From: an uncultured Chlamydiales bacterium
GTDB lineage: Bacteria > Chlamydiota > Chlamydiia > Chlamydiales > Rhabdochlamydiaceae
Reading direction: 5' to 3'
DNA length: 64,000 nucleotides
Assembly: GCA_963700985.1 (NCBI GenBank)
Contig: OY969554.1
Location: forward strand, 1,600,001 to 1,664,000
This document shows positions 59,777 to 64,000 of this stretch, in pieces. Every line of letters starts with the position of its first letter. The stretch's first letter is position 1. The notes under the pieces are model-generated. The model saw only the letters and a program-made list of their open reading frames with translations. It ran no database searches and had not been told where the DNA came from. The position numbers and the translations under genes were made by a program.

Positions 59777-62728
59777 CTAAGTCATTAGGTCTGCGCCGGC
59801 TTCGAAGAAGTCGGGAAGCAGTGAGAGGTCAGTGCGGTGCTGGATGCGTGGTGCCTGGTTAGATGGCGGCAGACGCTTTTCTTCAGGTTCTGGCAGCACC
59901 ATTGCAAATTTAAACAGCGCATGTGCGATCTCTAATTTGATCTTAGAGCCGAGCGTTTCAAAGAGAGCAAACGCCTCGTGTTTAAATTCCGTAAGAGGAT
60001 CTTTTTGCCCAATCGAGCGTAAATGCACCTCAGCGCGCAAGTGATCGATATTGAGCAGGTGTTCTTGCCAGAACTGGTCGATTGTTCGGATGAGCACGTT
60101 ACGCACAACTTCTTTCAAAATGCCATCGGGCTGCATGGCAGCTGTGGCAGGCGAAAGGGTCTGTTGGGCTTGCATAAGAATGCTCTGATCAAGCGCGAGC
60201 TTATCGCGGAAGGCTTTGATCACCATCTCTTTAGCTTTGTGTTCGAGCTCTTCAGCATTGGAGTATTCGTTCTCGAACTCTTCTTTTTCAAAGTTAACTG
60301 GGAACTGAGTGATTAGCCACTGACGGTAGCCTTCTACATCCCAGCCGCCAGGAGTCGAGCGACTCGAGAGGAACTGGTGTGCCATCTGCGCGCAAACTTC
60401 ATCTAAAACCTCTTCGGCAATGGCGGTGGCATCTTCGACGTGCAGAACCTCATTGCGGAAGGCGTAAATCTCGGAGCGCTGCTTATTCATCACATCGTCA
60501 TATTCTAACGTGTGTTTGCGCATCGTGTAGTTGCGCTGTTCTACTCGTTTTTGAGCAGTTTCAATCGACTTATTCAATACTTTCGCAGAGATAGGCTCGC
60601 CTTCGGGCGGGCGGAAGCGCTGCAGGAAAGAAGTGATACGTGGCGAGGTAAAAAGGCGCATCAACGAATCTTCAAATGAGACGTAGAATTTAGATGAACC
60701 GGGGTCTCCTAGACGGGCGCTTCGTCCGCGCAGCTGTCTATCGATACGACGGGATTGGTGACGTGTGGTGCCAATAACATGTAATCCACCGAGTTCAGCA
60801 ACACCGGGTTTCAGTTTAATGTCTGTGCCGCGGCCTGCCATATTGGTGGCCACAGTGATCGTGCCTTGACTACCGGCCTCAGCAATGATCTCCGCTTCGC
60901 GTGCATGATTTTTCGCATTTAGCACAGTAGGCTCAAGCTTACCCTGTTTTAAAATGCGTGCGAGTTTTTCTGAAACCTCGACCGATTCCGTACCGATTAG
61001 GATAGGGCGGCCTTGTGAGTGAATCTCTAGGATGTCTTTTAAGATCGCATTATATTTTTCACGCTCGGTCATGTAGATCTCATCGTCGGCATCTTTTCGA
61101 TTGCATCCACGATGCGTAGGGATAGCGAGTACATCGAGCTTATAAATATCTTTGAATTCGTTAGCTTCAGTCATCGCCGTTCCGGTCATGCCCGAGAGCT
61201 TGTTGTACAGACGGAAGTAGTTCTGCAGCGTGATCGTCGCATAGGTCTGCGTCTCTTGCTGGATCGCCACGCCTTCTTTGGCTTCGATCGACTGGTGCAA
61301 GCCGTCTGAGAAACGGCGCCCTGGCTGAGGACGTCCAGTGTTCTCATCGATAATCACAACCTTGTTTTCAGCGATGATGTAATCGACATCTTTTTCCATC
61401 AGCAAATGTGCGCGGAAGAGCTGTCTTAAGTTGTGCGAGCGCTCTTTGCGTTTCGAATCCTCTTCGCGTAGAGCAATTTTTTGCTGGAGTTTTTCAGCTT
61501 CATTTAGCTCTAGATTTTCATCGATTTTTGCATATTCGCCACCGAGATCGAGCATGACAAAGTCATGTTCATTGCTGATGTCTGCTTGCATTTGAATCCA
61601 AGCATGGATGCCTTTATCGGTTAGCTCGTACTCATTTGCGCGCTCGTCTACGATGATGTAGAGATCGGCTAATGCTGTAGCACGCTCTTCTTTGTTCGGC
61701 TCAGAATAATAGTAAGTGTCCCAGCTCTCAATTTCAGCACGTAGATCGGGATCTTCGCGCATGCGCTTTAAGACTTTATTCTGAGGTGTACCTTTGGCTA
61801 CTAGCCAGAATTTACGGAAAGCTTCTTTTGCTTCAGCTTCTTGCTTTTTCTCTAGCTTGGGCTTCTCGCCTTCAACTAGCATTCCAAGCTGTTCAAGCGT
61901 TTTGCGCGCTTCGGTAGCGATGCGATTACAATGATCTCGTTGCACTCGAACTAAGTTGGCTACGCCATCTTTTAGTTCATCGTACATCTGTCTTGAAGAA
62001 GCGGAAGGACCAGAGATGATCAGAGGCGTGCGTGCCTCATCGATTAGAATTGAGTCAACTTCGTCGATAATGGCAAAGTAGTGGCCTCTTTGGCACTGCT
62101 CATCTTTGCTCTGCACCATCGAATTATCTCTTAAATAATCGAAGCCGAATTCAGAAGAGGTTCCATAGACGATATCGGCGGCATAGATGCTTTTACGGAG
62201 GTGATGAGGTGTGCCGGATACCAGCGCTCGAACTTCAAGCCCAAGCCAGCGGAAGATTGTGCCGATCCAGTCGCAGTCGCGCTGAGCGAGGTAGTCGTTG
62301 ACGGTTACCAGGTGCACAGGCTTGCCTGTCAAAGCATTCAGATAGAGAGGAAGCGTGGCTGTAAGTGTTTTTCCTTCGCCGGTTTGCATCTCAGCAATGG
62401 CCCCAAAGTGCATAGCGATTGCACCCTGAATCTGCACATCGTAGGGAACCATATCCCATTTTTGGTCATAGCCAGAGACGTGGGCTTCTGTGCCGCACAT
62501 ACGACGGCAAGCGTTTTTAACAGCAGCATAAGCTTCTGGGAGGATCTGTTCGGTTGTTTCGCCTTTGGCGATGCGCTCGCGAAATTCAATCGTCTTATTT
62601 TTTAACTCTTGGTCGCTTAAAGATTTAAAGCGTTCGTCCCATATGTTAACCTGGGTGACGAGTTTTGCATACTTCTTAAGCGTACGACCTTGAGCTGTGC
62701 CAAATATTTTTTTAACTATTCCAAACAT
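59777..62728 (-). CDS. secA: Protein translocase ATPase SecA
   Basis: MQTGEGKTL, VTVNDYLA, IIDEVDSILIDEARTPLIISG, ATNMAGRGTDI, RRIDRQLRGR. Confidence 0.98.
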   Translation of the reverse strand: MFGIVKKIFGTAQGRTLKKYAKLVTQVNIWDERFKSLSDQELKNKTIEFRERIAKGETTEQILPEAYAAVKNACRRMCGTEAHVSGYDQKWDMVPYDVQIQGAIAMHFGAIAEMQTGEGKTLTATLPLYLNALTGKPVHLVTVNDYLAQRDCDWIGTIFRWLGLEVRALVSGTPHHLRKSIYAADIVYGTSSEFGFDYLRDNSMVQSKDEQCQRGHYFAIIDEVDSILIDEARTPLIISGPSASSRQMYDELKDGVANLVRVQRDHCNRIATEARKTLEQLGMLVEGEKPKLEKKQEAEAKEAFRKFWLVAKGTPQNKVLKRMREDPDLRAEIESWDTYYYSEPNKEERATALADLYIIVDERANEYELTDKGIHAWIQMQADISNEHDFVMLDLGGEYAKIDENLELNEAEKLQQKIALREEDSKRKERSHNLRQLFRAHLLMEKDVDYIIAENKVVIIDENTGRPQPGRRFSDGLHQSIEAKEGVAIQQETQTYATITLQNYFRLYNKLSGMTGTAMTEANEFKDIYKLDVLAIPTHRGCNRKDADDEIYMTEREKYNAILKDILEIHSQGRPILIGTESVEVSEKLARILKQGKLEPTVLNAKNHAREAEIIAEAGSQGTITVATNMAGRGTDIKLKPGVAELGGLHVIGTTRHQSRRIDRQLRGRSARLGDPGSSKFYVSFEDSLMRLFTSPRITSFLQRFRPPEGEPISAKVLNKSIETAQKRVEQRNYTMRKHTLEYDDVMNKQRSEIYAFRNEVLHVEDATAIAEEVLDEVCAQMAHQFLSSRSTPGGWDVEGYRQWLITQFPVNFEKEEFENEYSNAEELEHKAKEMVIKAFRDKLALDQSILMQAQQTLSPATAAMQPDGILKEVVRNVLIRTIDQFWQEHLLNIDHLRAEVHLRSIGQKDPLTEFKHEAFALFETLGSKIKLEIAHALFKFAMVLPEPEEKRLPPSNQAPRIQHRTDLSLLPDFFEAGADLMT

Positions 62729-62801
62729 GAAGATTTACCCTAAGCGATGTTGTTTCCAGGCTAGGTCATCGATGCATTTCCTGCAACAAGATGAGTGCTC
62801 C

Positions 62802-62830
62802 ATTATAGATCGAAAAGGCATTGAAATCAA
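62802..62830 (-). promoter_or_regulatory. Candidate secA promoter
   Basis: On the minus strand, TTGATT-17 nt-TATAAT. Confidence 0.65.
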
Positions 62831-62942
62831 CCAACTAAAATATTTACTTGGTAAATTATTAATTTAGATATTTCTATTTAGTGAAATTAAGAAATAAATC
62901 AGTTATAATTTATGCATTAATCAATCAAACGACGAGGTTTTT

Positions 62943-64000
62943 ATGACAACTATAGTAAATGGCAAGGGAACTCAACCCGCAGTTCTCCCAAGCCAGCCAA
63001 AGGATCAGCAAGATAATGACAATACATTCGTTAGAGTTAATCCAAATTCTAAAGACTCAATTGAATCCGCATCTACGCCAGATTCTCAACCAGCTGAATC
63101 TTGCTGCGATGGATTTTATCATGTCATCCAAGGTTGTGTAGTCACACCATTTTCAGCATGCGCAAGCGCCGTTTGGTATGTTCTTACTGCTCCTTTTGTT
63201 TTGGGTGCTGCATGTTTGTCAGGATTCTTTTCTTGGATTGCGAGCCTTTGTGGTGCGGGCGCTGAAGAAAACCTTTCTCATCCATTTCACGCAGCATGCG
63301 AAAGTGGCGATGTAGCTGCACTAAGACAAATGATTGGTCAAGAAGGATTCGATGTGAATTTTACCGACGCACATGGCAGCTCTCTTCTCGACTATCTGCT
63401 CTATTTCAACCATTTCGCACTGATTCCGGAACTTATTAATGCCGGTGCTAATGTAAATGCGCAGGATAAGCTCGGCACAACTCTATTGCATAGACTTTGT
63501 CTGGCCCGCTATATGGATGCATCTGTTAAGACAGAAGGCTTAGACGAAGCAGAGCGTTTGATCGATATCGTCCTTATAAAAGGAGCGGATATCTCGCTTA
63601 AAGACAATTCGGGAAACACGCCTCTGCATGTTGCTTGCAAAGAGCGCTCTCATGTGGCCGCAAAAAGCGTCGTTTTAGCTTCTAAAGATCTGAGTGTGGA
63701 TATCAACGCCGTGAATAAGAATGGCGAAACACCCCTGCATCTGGCTTGCGCCACTGGAGCGAGTCCAAGTTCAGAAAAGATTATTCAATCCCTTAAGAAC
63801 AATGGGGCGAATGTCATGGCTTTGGATAAAAACGGAAGAACACCTTTACATCGTTTTTGTGCCCACGAAGCTCTTATTGCTCGTAATGTTAAGCAAAAAA
63901 ATAGAGCGCTGGCGCATGGTGCATTAACGATCGATCCACGCGATAGAAAAAAAATGATTCTTTTGGCTCTTTCTAAAGGCCACGGCTTTAATGTTAATGC
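62943..64000 (+). CDS. Ankyrin-repeat protein with N-terminal hydrophobic segment, runs off the window
   Basis: Hand translation from ATG 62943 (GAGG SD), no stop before 64000: HPFHAAC, GANVNAQDKLGTTLLH, GNTPLHVAC, GETPLHLAC, GRTPLH. Confidence 0.9.
   Translation, partial: MTTIVNGKGTQPAVLPSQPKDQQDNDNTFVRVNPNSKDSIESASTPDSQPAESCCDGFYHVIQGCVVTPFSACASAVWYVLTAPFVLGAACLSGFFSWIASLCGAGAEENLSHPFHAACESGDVAALRQMIGQEGFDVNFTDAHGSSLLDYLLYFNHFALIPELINAGANVNAQDKLGTTLLHRLCLARYMDASVKTEGLDEAERLIDIVLIKGADISLKDNSGNTPLHVACKERSHVAAKSVVLASKDLSVDINAVNKNGETPLHLACATGASPSSEKIIQSLKNNGANVMALDKNGRTPLHRFCAHEALIARNVKQKNRALAHGALTIDPRDRKKMILLALSKGHGFNVN

Noticed and set aside
62959-63927. Two short + strand ORFs in the track
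   Set aside because: Alternative frames inside the ankyrin gene.

Overview
A gene-dense chromosomal segment that looks like an environmental Chlamydiota (Parachlamydiales/Simkania/Rhabdochlamydia-like). This is an inference from the TopA-SWIB fusion, the chlamydia-type CIRCE, the lpdA-lipA, mutL-pepP and rpoN/uvrD gene orders, glgC, RsbU, and F-box/LRR and ankyrin proteins. Core genes are dus, topA, dprA, rpoN, uvrD, hsp20, groES/groEL, trkA/trkH, tRNA-Arg(ACG), ahpC, eno, rsgA, a CCA-adding enzyme, mutL, pepP, glgC, lipA, lpdA and secA. Accessory material is interleaved with them: (i) two clusters of apparently exported glycosyltransferases from eukaryote-associated families (GT90, two GT92-like, GT17, three GT32) near a Wzy-like gene; (ii) an A-B-A'-B' array of four small paralogues; (iii) an F-box/LRR gene split by a 1-nt frameshift; (iv) three proteins sharing an unnamed ~130-aa C-terminal domain around a sulfatase-like and a lipase gene; (v) a 131-aa protein resembling a miniaturised phage tail sheath; (vi) a cyclase and an orphan kinase coupled to mutL-pepP, and a detached pseudopilin trio; (vii) an ankyrin protein with an Inc-like hydrophobic segment that the ORF track missed. 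Non-coding features include a dispersed family of intergenic palindromes built from CAGGAT units (3 copies), a related octamer-based palindrome, and a hairpin covering the hsp20 Shine-Dalgarno. No CRISPR array, rRNA, transposase or integrase was seen. All product calls come from motif recognition by eye, not from database searches.
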